64,000 nucleotides of DNA from Thermoanaerobaculia bacterium (GTDB lineage: Bacteria; Acidobacteriota; Thermoanaerobaculia; Multivoradales; Multivoraceae), in assembly GCA_963664405.1 (NCBI GenBank), contig OY761158.1:1696001-1760000 (forward strand), in the 5' to 3' direction. Below the pieces are notes generated by a model. The model was not told the origin of the DNA. It did not search any database and saw only the letters and a program-made list of their open reading frames with translations. Below, one piece after another: positions 29,587 to 39,683 of this stretch; the stretch's first letter is position 1, and every line of letters begins with the position of its first letter. The translations under genes and the position numbers were made by a program.

Positions 29587-30414
29587 GGTGCCACCCTCTT
29601 ATAGAGGGGAGCGCTTGGGGGCGACATGGTCGTCGTCAAATTCGACGTTTTCACTGGTAAGCTATTGACATAATTTGATTTAGATGGAGCCGAGATTCCT
29701 TCGCATATTCGCGTGGCACCCATGGCAGCCCAACGCCCAAGGCCTGCCGGGGTCCGCTGCTCGGCCTCTCCAGTGGATCACCCATGTCTCCGGGACTTTC
29801 ACAATGAGCAACCAGGCCACTGCGGCCACGATCACCATCTCGGGCCACAGCGGAAGGATCTTCCTCGATGGTCACGAGGTGGGCGTGGTACGCAAGCCTG
29901 CCAACGCGTATTCGTGCGTTGACGAGGGTGTTCCACTCGCCCTCGAGGTCGAAGCGGGCGAGCATGAGATCTATCCCAAGTTCGCCACGGGTCGCTCAGT
30001 GCCTCTGAAGTTGCGCTTGGCCTCTGGGCAGAGACTCGACCTCCACATTGAATCGCCGGTGGGCTCAACGGGACTCGGTACCTCGCCAACGCCGATCATT
30101 CGTTGGCGCCGGTGCTCCCCCATCGCTCGCTGATGATTCTCATACTGTCGCTGCTGGGACTCCCCGGAATCGCGGCTTTCTCGATGGCGCGCGTGGATCT
30201 CGAACTGATGGAACGCGGCCAGATGGAAAAATCTGGACGAAGAGGGACCGTCGTGGGCACGTGGATCGGACTCTTCCATTGCTGTCTCTGGCTCGCGATG
30301 CTTGCCCTGAGGGCTACATAAGGAACCCGGCGGCCCGAGGCGCCAGCCGAATATTTCTGACGCCCGGCGGGGAGGGATTTGCGGCCAAGCGATCAGCCCG
30401 AACGGGTGATCGCG
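29587..30414 (+). repeat. Diverged intergenic direct repeat, long form enclosing a small gene
   Basis: Both ends are homologous to 26095-26331, with ~600 bp of extra sequence in the middle. Confidence 0.65.
29804..30321 (+). pseudogene. Small beta-rich protein with DUF4190-like membrane tail, frameshifted near 30100
   Basis: IFLDGHEVG...EVEAGEHEI in one frame; PHRSLMILILSLLG...DLELMERGQM...GTWIG in another. Confidence 0.45.
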
Positions 30415-30505
30415 GGATCGGGATGCTATGAAGCAGCGGCCAGACCTCGCGACCCGAGACATCTTCACCAATGCGATCGGGTAGGCTGAAGTCTGGAGGT
30501 CGACG

Positions 30506-31288
30506 ATGCCGAAGGTCCTGTTCGAGAAGGCCGGCGCGATTGCCCGGATCACCATCAACCGCCCCGAGCGGTTGAATGCCTGCGATTTCGAGACCTATCG
30601 GATGCTCGGGGAAGCCTGGCTCGAGGTCGATCGCGATCCCGAGATCCGGGTCGCGATTCTGACCGGCGCCGGCGAACGCGCCTTCTGCGCGGGCAGCGAC
30701 ATCAAGTCGGACTACGTCGACTCGGGCAGCGGCCGGCAAGCCGCCCACGAGGAGGAGGACAGCGACGAGCGACCGCCCGGACCCGGGGATGTGCGCAAGC
30801 CCGTGATCGCCGCCATCAACGGACACGCAAATGGTGGCGGACTCGAGCAGGCGCTGGCTTGCGACATCCGCGTAGCCGCCGAGCACTCCCAGTTCGGACT
30901 CGGAGAAGTTCGGCTCGGTTGGCTTCCGGGAGCCGGAGGGACTCAGCGGCTCCCGCGTCTGCTCCCGCTCGGTCGCGCGCTCGAAATGCTGTACACCGGA
31001 AATCGAATCGACGCGGCCGAGGCCTACCGGCTCGGCTTGGTCGACCACGTCGTCCCGATGGATGCACTGATCGCAAAGGCCGACCGCATTGCCGACGAGA
31101 TCTGCCGGAGCGCCCCGCTCGCCGTAGAGCGCATCAAGCAGGTCGCCCTAGAGGGCCTGGACCTGCCTCTCGAACAAGGACTCCAGCTCGAACGTGAGGG
31201 CTTCCGCGATCTGATGCAGACCGAGGACTCCATCGAAGGCGCCCTCGCATTCGCGGAGAAGCGGCCGCCGCGCTGGACCGGGAAGTAG
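30506..31288 (+). CDS. Enoyl-CoA hydratase/isomerase
   Basis: ITINRPERLNA, AFCAGSDI, KPVIAAINGHANGGGLE, GGTQRLPRL, AFAEKRPP. Confidence 0.95.
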   Translation: MPKVLFEKAGAIARITINRPERLNACDFETYRMLGEAWLEVDRDPEIRVAILTGAGERAFCAGSDIKSDYVDSGSGRQAAHEEEDSDERPPGPGDVRKPVIAAINGHANGGGLEQALACDIRVAAEHSQFGLGEVRLGWLPGAGGTQRLPRLLPLGRALEMLYTGNRIDAAEAYRLGLVDHVVPMDALIAKADRIADEICRSAPLAVERIKQVALEGLDLPLEQGLQLEREGFRDLMQTEDSIEGALAFAEKRPPRWTGK

Positions 31289-31405
31289 GCCAAGCTCGAG
31301 CTGTAGCTTCACTTCGGCAGCTCAACTCCGACAGCTAACCGGTCCCAGGTCGTGTCACGGATACCGGCTTCGCGAATCTTCACTCAGTGAATGCGCGCGG
31401 GCCGG

Positions 31406-32149
31406 CTAGCGACCCGTGTAGAAGTCAGCCGGCGGACCCTCGACCCGGAACCGGAACACGACAGTGTTGTCCAGCTTCAGATCGTCGCCCCAGATCCACT
31501 TGGCGCCTTCGAAGTCGTGCTCGTAAAACGGCGCCTTGGGAGCCACTGCCTCCTCGCTGAACTCCTTCGCGCTCTTCCACTGACTGTCGTCGAAATCCAC
31601 GGCGAACCAATCGGCGGGAATGGGGGTGTGGACCACGCGGGGGTCCTCGACGTCCCCGCTGATCGGACCATGAAAGAAGCTCTTCGCCTTCCATCGGTCA
31701 CTGGTGAGGATCTTCTCCCCCATTTTGAGGATAAAGCCGCCGTCGCCGATGTTGCTGGTGTACTCGGTTCCTTTAGCGGGATCAGCGTTGTCCTTGGCCA
31801 TGACGGCTATCGTCATCGGGTACTCTGGGAGGACGTCGACAGACACCACATTGTGGGGAATGAACTCGATCGAGTCGACGGCGACGAGCTCGCCGTTGAT
31901 GTAGAGCACGAAGCTGTTGTCGGCGTAGATGTTGGCGCGCAGAGTGTCGTCGAGACTCGGTTTGCGTTTGCCGTCCGGCGTGGCGGCGCCTCTTCCGCGA
32001 CCCTGCCTTCCGCGTCGGTCCCCGTCGCGTCGCTGTGCGGGCCGCGCACCTTGTCCCTCCTGCTCTTGCTCAGGCGTTGATTGAGCAAGCACGCCGTGGG
32101 CAGCGAAGAGCAGCAGCGAGGCAGCGAACGGGGCGGATATCTTGATCAT
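31406..32149 (-). CDS. Secreted protein with a jelly-roll/galactose-binding-like domain
   Basis: Signal peptide; YADNSFVLYING, W...DFDDSQW, AKWIW. Confidence 0.6.
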   Translation of the reverse strand: MIKISAPFAASLLLFAAHGVLAQSTPEQEQEGQGARPAQRRDGDRRGRQGRGRGAATPDGKRKPSLDDTLRANIYADNSFVLYINGELVAVDSIEFIPHNVVSVDVLPEYPMTIAVMAKDNADPAKGTEYTSNIGDGGFILKMGEKILTSDRWKAKSFFHGPISGDVEDPRVVHTPIPADWFAVDFDDSQWKSAKEFSEEAVAPKAPFYEHDFEGAKWIWGDDLKLDNTVVFRFRVEGPPADFYTGR

Positions 32150-32403
32150 TCTGATCTACCTCGAGCTGGGACGCCTCCAGAACAGGCCAGGCGAAACGCG
32201 AGTAGTCGAGTGCTTGGAGTGTAGCTCCGTCGGCGTCGAGATGGCCAGCACCGCCCTGAGCAAGTGATTAGAGGCCACGACCCCACGCCTTTGAAATGAC
32301 TGATAGGCCCTGAACCGGCTCTCTGTTGGCTGGCCAGTTAGGTTTCTGCTAGCGTTTCTCGGCGGCTCGAGCGTCCGAGCCTCGATCCAGCGAAGGAGAG
32401 CAA

Positions 32404-34116
32404 GTGTCTAGGGAAATCTACCGGCCCCTTCCTCTGGCTATTGTCTTCTCTGCCGTTGCCCTTGGTTGCGGCGGGTGCGGAGGCTCTCCTCAGCCAGAAG
32501 AGAGGGCAACTACCGACGACCGACCCAACATACTCATCATCGTTGCGGACGATCTGGGCTACAACGATATCGGGCCATTCGGTGGCGAGATTGAAACACC
32601 GAGCCTAGACGCGCTGGCAGCAGCAGGGCTCTCGTTGACAACCTTCTACGTCTTGCCCACCTGCTCGCCCTCCCGGTCGGTGCTGCTCACCGGGACCGAT
32701 AATCATACCGCGGGGATGGGCGCGATGGCGGAGGCTCTGACCTCGAATCAGATCGGTTTGGCTGGGTACGAGGGCTACCTGAACGAGCGCGTCGTGACCG
32801 TTGCGTCCCTTCTCCGAGACAACGGCTACCACACATATATGGTAGGCAAATGGCATCTCGGACACGAACTGGAGCACGGGCCGGCAGCCCGGGGGTTCGA
32901 AAGATCCTTCACTCTGTTGAATGGAGGTGGCAGCCATTGGAGCGATCGGCGGGGACTGGTGCCAGGCGAGGCTTCGATGAGCTATCGCAGCGACGGCGTC
33001 GCGGTGGAAGCGTTGCCGGAGGACTTCTTTTCCTCCGAGTTCTACACCGATCGGCTGATCGAGAACATCGACGCCGGACGAGACGACGGGCACCCTTTCT
33101 TCGCCTACCTAGCCTACACGGCGCCCCACGATCCGTTGCACGCTCCCGAGGAATGGTTGCAGAAATACCGCGGTAGGTACGACGCCGGCTACGACGAGCT
33201 ACGCGATCAGCGCCACGCCAGCATGGTCGCACTGGGTCTCATGCCCGAGTCGGCCAAGCCTTTTCCGCGACTGCCTACTGTTCCGGCGTGGGATGAGCTG
33301 GCTCCGGAGGTCCAAGCGGTCGAGGCGCGTGAGATGGAAGCGTACGCGGCGATGGTGGACAACATGGACCACCACATCGGTCGCATCCTCGATCATCTCC
33401 GTCAGATCGGCGAGTACGACAACACCTTGGTCCTGTTTTTCTCTGACAACGGCGCCAACGGCTTGGAGGCGCGGAACTATCCCGGCCAGACCGATGAGTA
33501 CCTCGGCGCTTTCGACAACAGCTTGGAGAACATCGGTCGTGAAGGCTCCTTCGCTGCTCCAGGACCGGCATGGGCGCAGGTCAGCATGGTGCCGTTTCGC
33601 TTGTACAAGGCAAGTGCCGCCGAGGGTGGGATTCGCGCGCCCTTCATCGCTACCGGACCCGGCATTTCGGCCGGAGGGCGGAGTACTGTGTTTGCGCGCG
33701 TGGCAGACATCGCTCCCACTCTGCTGGAGCTAGCTGGAGTCGAGCACCCGGACTCGTACCAAGGTAGGGAGGTGGCCCCGCTGATCGGCAACTCGATGCT
33801 GTCCCTGTTGCGGGGTGGTGCCACAGCAGTGCACGGAGCCGACGTGGCTTTCGGCTGGGAACTGCACGGCCAGAAGGCGCTGATCAGCGGTCGGTGGAAA
33901 GCGCTCAATCTCCCGCCCCCCTTCGGCAACGCCGAGTGGGAGCTTTTTGATTTGTCCGTCGACCCCGGCGAGATGACCGATCTCTCCGACACGGAGGGCG
34001 AGCGCTTGCAGGCAATGATTGCTTCGTATCAGCAGTATGCCGACGGGGTCGGTGTGGTCCCGCCGGACCTCGATGAGCTTCTGCGGAGTATGGGGATCCG
34101 ACAGCCTCAGGAGTAG
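32404..34116 (+). CDS. Arylsulfatase (Cys-type)
   Basis: PNILIIVADDLG, CSPSR formylglycine motif, GKWHLG, APHDP, SDNG. Confidence 0.95.
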   Translation: MSREIYRPLPLAIVFSAVALGCGGCGGSPQPEERATTDDRPNILIIVADDLGYNDIGPFGGEIETPSLDALAAAGLSLTTFYVLPTCSPSRSVLLTGTDNHTAGMGAMAEALTSNQIGLAGYEGYLNERVVTVASLLRDNGYHTYMVGKWHLGHELEHGPAARGFERSFTLLNGGGSHWSDRRGLVPGEASMSYRSDGVAVEALPEDFFSSEFYTDRLIENIDAGRDDGHPFFAYLAYTAPHDPLHAPEEWLQKYRGRYDAGYDELRDQRHASMVALGLMPESAKPFPRLPTVPAWDELAPEVQAVEAREMEAYAAMVDNMDHHIGRILDHLRQIGEYDNTLVLFFSDNGANGLEARNYPGQTDEYLGAFDNSLENIGREGSFAAPGPAWAQVSMVPFRLYKASAAEGGIRAPFIATGPGISAGGRSTVFARVADIAPTLLELAGVEHPDSYQGREVAPLIGNSMLSLLRGGATAVHGADVAFGWELHGQKALISGRWKALNLPPPFGNAEWELFDLSVDPGEMTDLSDTEGERLQAMIASYQQYADGVGVVPPDLDELLRSMGIRQPQE

Positions 34117-34338
34117 CGAGGGTCCAATCGCTTTGGTCTCTCCGCTCTGGTAGATCGTGACCGCACTGCCCGAATCGGTCTCCGCGGAGCCGGTGTTGCT
34201 TCACGCGGATGTGAGCAGCGACCACTTCCTCGGGGCTCCACCACTACGCCCACGTCGCGATCATGATGGGGAGGCGAAGTTCGAAATCGAGGAGTAGAAT
34301 GGGCGCATTCAAGAGACGACTTGCATCTGGAGGCTGTA

Positions 34339-35448
34339 ATGAAGCGTAGAGAGCCACGGATTCCTCGACCCCTAGGCACACTAACCGCGGCCGTGCTCAC
34401 CTGTTTGCTTGTAGCACCCGTCGCGGTGAGATCGGCGGATGGGTCCAGAGAGATCCCCCGCACCGCCGACGGCCGGCCGGACCTCAGTGGCACTTACAAC
34501 GTTGCCACCTTGACGCCACTCAGTCGCCCGCGCGGGCTCGGTGAGAAGCTGACCCTCACCGATGAAGAGGCCGCAGAGCTCCGAGATCATTGGCTCTCGA
34601 ACCTGGCGAAAGATGCCGAGCCGAGCGACCCTGACCGGGGCGCGCCTCCGGTGGGTGGGGTCGACTTCTTCGTTCCCGAGTTCAACGGCGCAGCGGGAGG
34701 CGTGGGCGGGTACAACGCGTTCTTCATCGACCTCGGCGACAGTGGGTTCAAGATCGACGGCAAGTGGCGGACTTCGATCCTCGTCGATCCGCCCAACGGC
34801 AAGCTGCCACCTCTGTCGGCCGCGGGCAAGAAGAGAATGGCCGCCAACGCCGGTTTTGCCCACGCCAACACCGGCGAGGCGTGGTGGCTCGACCGCGAGG
34901 CCGGGCCCTACGACGATCCCGAGAAGAGGCCACTGGGCGAGCGCTGCCTCTTGGGCTTCGGCTCGACCTCGGGTCCCCCGATGCTGCCGGTCATGTACAA
35001 CAATATGAAGCGGATCGTTCAGACCGAAGAGCACGTGATGATCCTGGTCGAGATGGCCCACGATGTGCGGGTCATTCGCCTCGACCAGGAGCACGCCTCA
35101 CCCGACGTCAGAAAGTGGCTGGGTGATTCTGTGGGTCACTGGGAGGGCGACACCCTGGTTGTGGACACCACGAATTTCCGCGACCAGTCGGGCTTCTCGC
35201 AGGCGTCGAGAGACCTCCATGTCGTCGAGCGCTTCTCTCGCATCGACAAAGACACGCTGCTCTATCACTTCACCGTCACCGACCCGACCTGGACCGAGCC
35301 CTGGAGCGGCGAATACCCGTGGCCGGCGAGTGACGATCGTGTCTACGAATACGGCTGCCACGAAGGCAACTACGCTCTCGGCGGGATTCTACGCGGCGCG
35401 CGCATCCTGGAGCAGGAAGCTCTCGCCAAGCGTGCCGGCGGCGAGTGA
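34339..35448 (+). CDS. Secreted conserved hypothetical protein
   Basis: Signal peptide; PRTADGRPDLSG, GDSVGHWEGDTLVVDT, YEYGCHEGN. Confidence 0.8.
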   Translation: MKRREPRIPRPLGTLTAAVLTCLLVAPVAVRSADGSREIPRTADGRPDLSGTYNVATLTPLSRPRGLGEKLTLTDEEAAELRDHWLSNLAKDAEPSDPDRGAPPVGGVDFFVPEFNGAAGGVGGYNAFFIDLGDSGFKIDGKWRTSILVDPPNGKLPPLSAAGKKRMAANAGFAHANTGEAWWLDREAGPYDDPEKRPLGERCLLGFGSTSGPPMLPVMYNNMKRIVQTEEHVMILVEMAHDVRVIRLDQEHASPDVRKWLGDSVGHWEGDTLVVDTTNFRDQSGFSQASRDLHVVERFSRIDKDTLLYHFTVTDPTWTEPWSGEYPWPASDDRVYEYGCHEGNYALGGILRGARILEQEALAKRAGGE

Positions 35449-35465
35449 AGAATCCTCGTTAGGAG

Positions 35466-36183
35466 CTACTGTTCCTGACGATCGTAGTACCGCTTCACCG
35501 TGAAGGGTGAAGAGCCGGGACCCATGCCTACCGAGGTGGCGACCAGGAGGCGTCCCTTCTTGTCGACGCTGTAGTTCTGCGTCAGCGTCGGAGTCGCGCC
35601 CTTCTTCCCTGGGAAGGTCACGTCGACCACCAATTTGGTCTTCTTCCATCGAGTCTTCACCGTGGTCTTGGCGCCGTCCTCGCCTTCGCGCTCCTCGACC
35701 CGGCCGTCGGTAAAGACGGTGGTAGCGACTCCATTCGCGTTCTCGATGTTGAGCTCCGGATCGGCCTGGGTGATGGTGAGCTCTTCAGTTCCTTGAGAAA
35801 AATTCTTCATCATTCCCAGAAGACCGCCGGGCGCCCACATCGCCTTTACCGCCAAAGCTTGATTTGACGCCTCCGAAGTCACCACCGCCGCCACCGCCCT
35901 TACCACCACCACCGCCGTCTCCTCCCTTGCTTCCACCGCCTCCTCCCTGGCCTCCCGCGGATCCGCCGCCCGCACCGGCATTGGAGACAGCGCTGCCTCC
36001 CCGGTTGCGCATAACCGTCATCCGCTTCTCGAACGCCTTCTCGATATTGTCGCTGAGGTCGACATTGAGGGCCCACACCCCACTGAGATCGGGACTCGCC
36101 GCATCCGCCGCCAACAGCGGAAGAGCGGTAAGGACCAGCACACCGGCTAGTGCCAGGATTGAAACTCGAATAAAACGTCGCAT
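35466..36183 (-). pseudogene. Secreted Gly-rich calycin/FABP-like protein, paralog 1, 1-bp frameshift near 35827
   Basis: N-half PDLSGVWALN and C-half GLLGMM...VKRYYDRQE are in different frames and both align with paralogs 2 and 3. Confidence 0.75.
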
Positions 36184-36256
36184 AGAGAACCTCCCACGTG
36201 CTGGAGCCATGCCTTCAAGGATAGTCATCGCGGCCAGAAGCGCTCCCAACGGTCGC

Positions 36257-36750
36257 GTAGGCAACGGCGGAGGCCGCGAAAAAGGGGGCCTTGGGGACCG
36301 GGCTGCGAAGCATAACTATTCAAGCACAACTCCGCTTCAACGCGAGGCCCTATCCAAAGCGCGAAGCAGCCCGTGCGTGTAAGGCAAGGGTGGAGGCCGC
36401 GCCAAGGGGTCTTGGGGGCCGGGTTGCGAAGCATAACCATTCAAGCACAACACCGCTTCAACACGACGCTGTATCCAAAGCGCGAAGCAACCCGTGCACG
36501 TACGACAGGGTGGAGGCCGCGACAAGGGGGTCTTGGGGACCGGGCTGCGAAGCATAACTATTCGAGCACAACTCCGCTTCAACACGAGGCCCTATCCAAA
36601 GCGCGAAGCAGCCCGTGCACGTAGCGCAAGGGTGACGGCCGCTTCAGGGGTCTTGGGGACCGGGCTGCGAAGCATAACCATTCGAGCACAACGCCGCTTC
36701 AACACGACGCTCTATCCAAAGCGCGAAGCAGCCCGGTCCCCAAGACCCCC
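36257..36750 (-). repeat. Tandem array of four ~121-bp structured units
   Basis: Unit stems start at 36299, 36420, 36541 and 36661; compensatory change in unit 2; 22-bp inverted repeat closes unit 4. Confidence 0.92.
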
Positions 36751-36780
36751 TCGCGGCCGGCCCCCGGCCCCGCGCGCGCG

Positions 36781-37509
36781 CTACTCCTGTCGGTCGTAGA
36801 GGCGCTTTACGGTGAAGGGGCGCATGCCGCCGCCGACGCCGACGGTGGAGTTCACCAAGAGACGTCCGTCCTTGGTCAGACTGTAGGTCTGGGTCAGCGT
36901 CGGAGTGGTACCGCCGGATCCTGGGAACGACACGTTTACGGCCAGCTTGTTCTTCTTCCACCGGCTCTTCACCTTGGTCGTGCCGCCATCTTCCGCTTTG
37001 CTCTCCTGGGTCCGCCCGTCGGTATAGACCGTGCTGGCCACGCCATTCGCGTTCTCGATGGTGACTTCAGGGTCACCCTGGGTGATGGTGAGCTGCTGCG
37101 CCCCCTGCGAGACAGCTTGCATGATTCCCAGCAGACCGCGGGCGGCGCCTCTCCCCTGTGCACCGCCAATGCTCTGGCCGTCGGTTCTCGCTCCTCGACC
37201 CGCGGCGCTACTTCCCGCCGACGACAGACCACCGGCACCTCCGCCGCCGCCACCGCCGCCACCTCCGCCACCGCCGCCACCGCCGCCTCTGCCACCCGTA
37301 CCGCTACTTTCAGCCCCGCCGCCTCCGCGGTTTCTCTGCTGAGCCTTCATCCATTTCTGGAAGGCCTCTTGTGGGTTGTCGCTGAGCTCCCGATTGAGAG
37401 TCCAACCGCCACTCAGGTCCGGGGCCTCGGCCGCCAATAGAGACAGCGGAGCCAGGACCAGCGCCAATATCGCGAAGATCAGGGTCGGGGATAGCTTCGA
37501 ACTTTGCAT
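36781..37509 (-). CDS. Secreted Gly-rich calycin/FABP-like protein, paralog 2
   Basis: Signal peptide, PDLSGGWTLN, poly-Gly insert, KSRWKKNKL, VKRLYDRQE. Confidence 0.8.
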   Translation of the reverse strand: MQSSKLSPTLIFAILALVLAPLSLLAAEAPDLSGGWTLNRELSDNPQEAFQKWMKAQQRNRGGGGAESSGTGGRGGGGGGGGGGGGGGGGGAGGLSSAGSSAAGRGARTDGQSIGGAQGRGAARGLLGIMQAVSQGAQQLTITQGDPEVTIENANGVASTVYTDGRTQESKAEDGGTTKVKSRWKKNKLAVNVSFPGSGGTTPTLTQTYSLTKDGRLLVNSTVGVGGGMRPFTVKRLYDRQE

Positions 37510-37566
37510 AGAGCACCTCCCGAGTGCTGCGGCCATGACTTCCAGAAACCAGAGACGAGTATAGCG

Positions 37567-38262
37567 CTACTCCTCCTGCCGATCGTACACGCGGTTGACC
37601 GTGAACGGCCGCCTACCGTCGCCCAGGCCAGCGGTGGTCGAGACCAGAAGGCGCCCGATCTTGGACACGCTGTAAGTCTGGCTCAAAGTCGGGGTCGCCC
37701 CGGAACTGCTGGCGAACATCACCTTCACCAGCAGCCTATCCTTCTTCCACCGTGTCTTCACCCGGGTCTTGCCGCCCCGCTCTTCCTCGCGCACCATCTC
37801 CCTGCCGTCGGTGAAGAGGCGGGTCTCGTCGCCGTTCGAGTTCTCGATCACAATCTCCGGGCCTACCAGGGAGAGGGTCAGCCGCTGGGAGCCCTGAGAG
37901 AATGCTTGCATCATGCCAAGGACACTGCGGGCGCCAGCCACTTCCTGGCCTGGGATACCCCCGGCTGCTCCTCCATAGGCTTCGGCGCTAGGGCCGGCCT
38001 CGTTGCCGCCTTCACTTCCAGGGCCAGAGACCCCTCCATCAAGACGGTGGCCCTCCGCTCCCTCATTTGAGAAATCATCGGTATCGCCTCGGTCGTGAAG
38101 ACTCCCCAGCCATCTCTCGTACGCTCGCTGCGGATCGTCGCTGAGATCCCGATTGAGAGTCCAGCTGCCACTGAGGTCCGGGTTCTCGGCCGCCGAAAGA
38201 GACAGCGAGGCCAGGGCCACCGTCGCAACGATCAGGACCAGAGCACGGTTCCAATACTGCAT
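37567..38262 (-). CDS. Secreted calycin/FABP-like protein, paralog 3
   Basis: Signal peptide, PDLSGSWTLN, acidic/Gly insert, KTRWKKDRL, VNRVYDRQE. Confidence 0.8.
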   Translation of the reverse strand: MQYWNRALVLIVATVALASLSLSAAENPDLSGSWTLNRDLSDDPQRAYERWLGSLHDRGDTDDFSNEGAEGHRLDGGVSGPGSEGGNEAGPSAEAYGGAAGGIPGQEVAGARSVLGMMQAFSQGSQRLTLSLVGPEIVIENSNGDETRLFTDGREMVREEERGGKTRVKTRWKKDRLLVKVMFASSSGATPTLSQTYSVSKIGRLLVSTTAGLGDGRRPFTVNRVYDRQEE

Positions 38263-38273
38263 GACCGTTCCGC

Positions 38274-39680
38274 TCAGCCGGGGATACGACCCGACAGCAG
38301 ATGAAGAGGTCGCCCCAGCGCTCCCCAAGCAGCCTCGCCGAGGGCCTCAGAAAGCGTCGGGTGGGGATGGATGGTCAAAGCCAGATCCTCCAGACTAGCC
38401 CCCATTTCGACCGCGAGAGCCGCCTCTCCTGCAAGCTCAGACACATGAGGACCAGCCATGTGAACCCCGAGCACAGTGTCCTCTTCGTCTGCGACGACCT
38501 CGACGTGACCGAGTGGGGCCGCCACCGCCCGGGCTCGGGACGACGCGGTCAAGGGAAAGCGAAAGTGGCGGGGGTGGCATCCCATCTCCTCGGCCTGCGC
38601 GATCGTCAAGCCGACGCTCGCCACCTCCGGATCGGAGAAAACGATCTCAGGCACTGTCGCCGGATCGAAGGCCGCCCGCCGCCCCGCCGCGGTGAGAGCG
38701 GCGACTTCGGCCTCTGCCGTGGCCTTGTGGGCCAACGCCGGGCCCGCGGTGAGGTCGCCGATGGCGAGCACGTGCCTGGCGGCACGTCGAGCCTCGTCGA
38801 CGATGACCCTTCCTTGTGCATCGACCCGAGCACCCGCCGCCTGCAGCCCGAGATCGTCGGTCCTCGGTACCCGCCCGACGGCGACCAGGATCTTCTCGGC
38901 GGCGACCGCGACGTCCTCTCCACGGCGGCTCACTCGAAGACCCGACTCGGTCATCTCCTTCGCTTGCGAGCCGAGAAGGATCTCGACTCCCAGAGCGCGC
39001 AGACGGCGCTCGACCACCGCTCCCAGAGACGCATCCAGCAGCGGCAAGAGGCGATCGCAGAGCTCGATCACGGTCACTTTCGCACCCAGTTTGGCGAAGG
39101 CCGTACCCAGCTCGACGCCGATATAGCCGCCGCCGACCACCGCAAGCGAAGAAGGAACTCGCTCGAGCGCCAACGCACCGGTCGAATCCAGCGTGCGCTC
39201 ACCATCGAAGGGCAGCTCGCTCAGCTCCGCGGGGCGAGAGCCGGTAGCGACAATCGCCTCTTCGAACTCGAAATGCCGCACCAGTTCGCCGGAGACCACG
39301 GCGCTCCGATTTTCTTTGGTGAATCGGGCCACACCGCTCACTCGGTCGACACCCGCCGCGCTGAGCAGCGAGTCGACTCGCGAAGTCAACCCGCCGACCA
39401 CCTCGGCGATGTGCTGCTGAATCCGCTCCATGTCGGGTGACGCTTCGAGATCTACCCCCACCACCGCTGCCTCCTCGCCGAGCCCCGCGATGTTCGCCGC
39501 GTGGATGAGCATCTTCGAGGGGATGCAACCGACGTTCAGGCAGGTACCTCCGACCCGATCCTTCTCCACCAGGGTGACGCGCTTCCCCAGCTTCGCCGCT
39601 CGCAACGCGGCGGCGTAGCCCCCCGGACCCGCCCCGATCACCAGGACATCGGTCGAGGAGGCGACTTCGCCGACGACCAT
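38274..39680 (-). CDS. lpdA: Dihydrolipoyl dehydrogenase (E3)
   Basis: GAGPGG, GGTCLNVGCIPSK, GGGYIG, HPHPTLSE. Confidence 0.95.
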   Translation of the reverse strand: MVVGEVASSTDVLVIGAGPGGYAAALRAAKLGKRVTLVEKDRVGGTCLNVGCIPSKMLIHAANIAGLGEEAAVVGVDLEASPDMERIQQHIAEVVGGLTSRVDSLLSAAGVDRVSGVARFTKENRSAVVSGELVRHFEFEEAIVATGSRPAELSELPFDGERTLDSTGALALERVPSSLAVVGGGYIGVELGTAFAKLGAKVTVIELCDRLLPLLDASLGAVVERRLRALGVEILLGSQAKEMTESGLRVSRRGEDVAVAAEKILVAVGRVPRTDDLGLQAAGARVDAQGRVIVDEARRAARHVLAIGDLTAGPALAHKATAEAEVAALTAAGRRAAFDPATVPEIVFSDPEVASVGLTIAQAEEMGCHPRHFRFPLTASSRARAVAAPLGHVEVVADEEDTVLGVHMAGPHVSELAGEAALAVEMGASLEDLALTIHPHPTLSEALGEAAWGALGRPLHLLSGRIPG

Positions 39681-39683
39681 CGT

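Noticed and set aside
36257-36750. CRISPR array
   Set aside because: Units are homologous along their whole ~121 bp, there are no unique spacers, and there are no cas genes in the window.
36225-36961. Repetitive ORFs across the tandem array
   Set aside because: The 121-bp period breaks frame, and covariation points to nucleic-acid structure.
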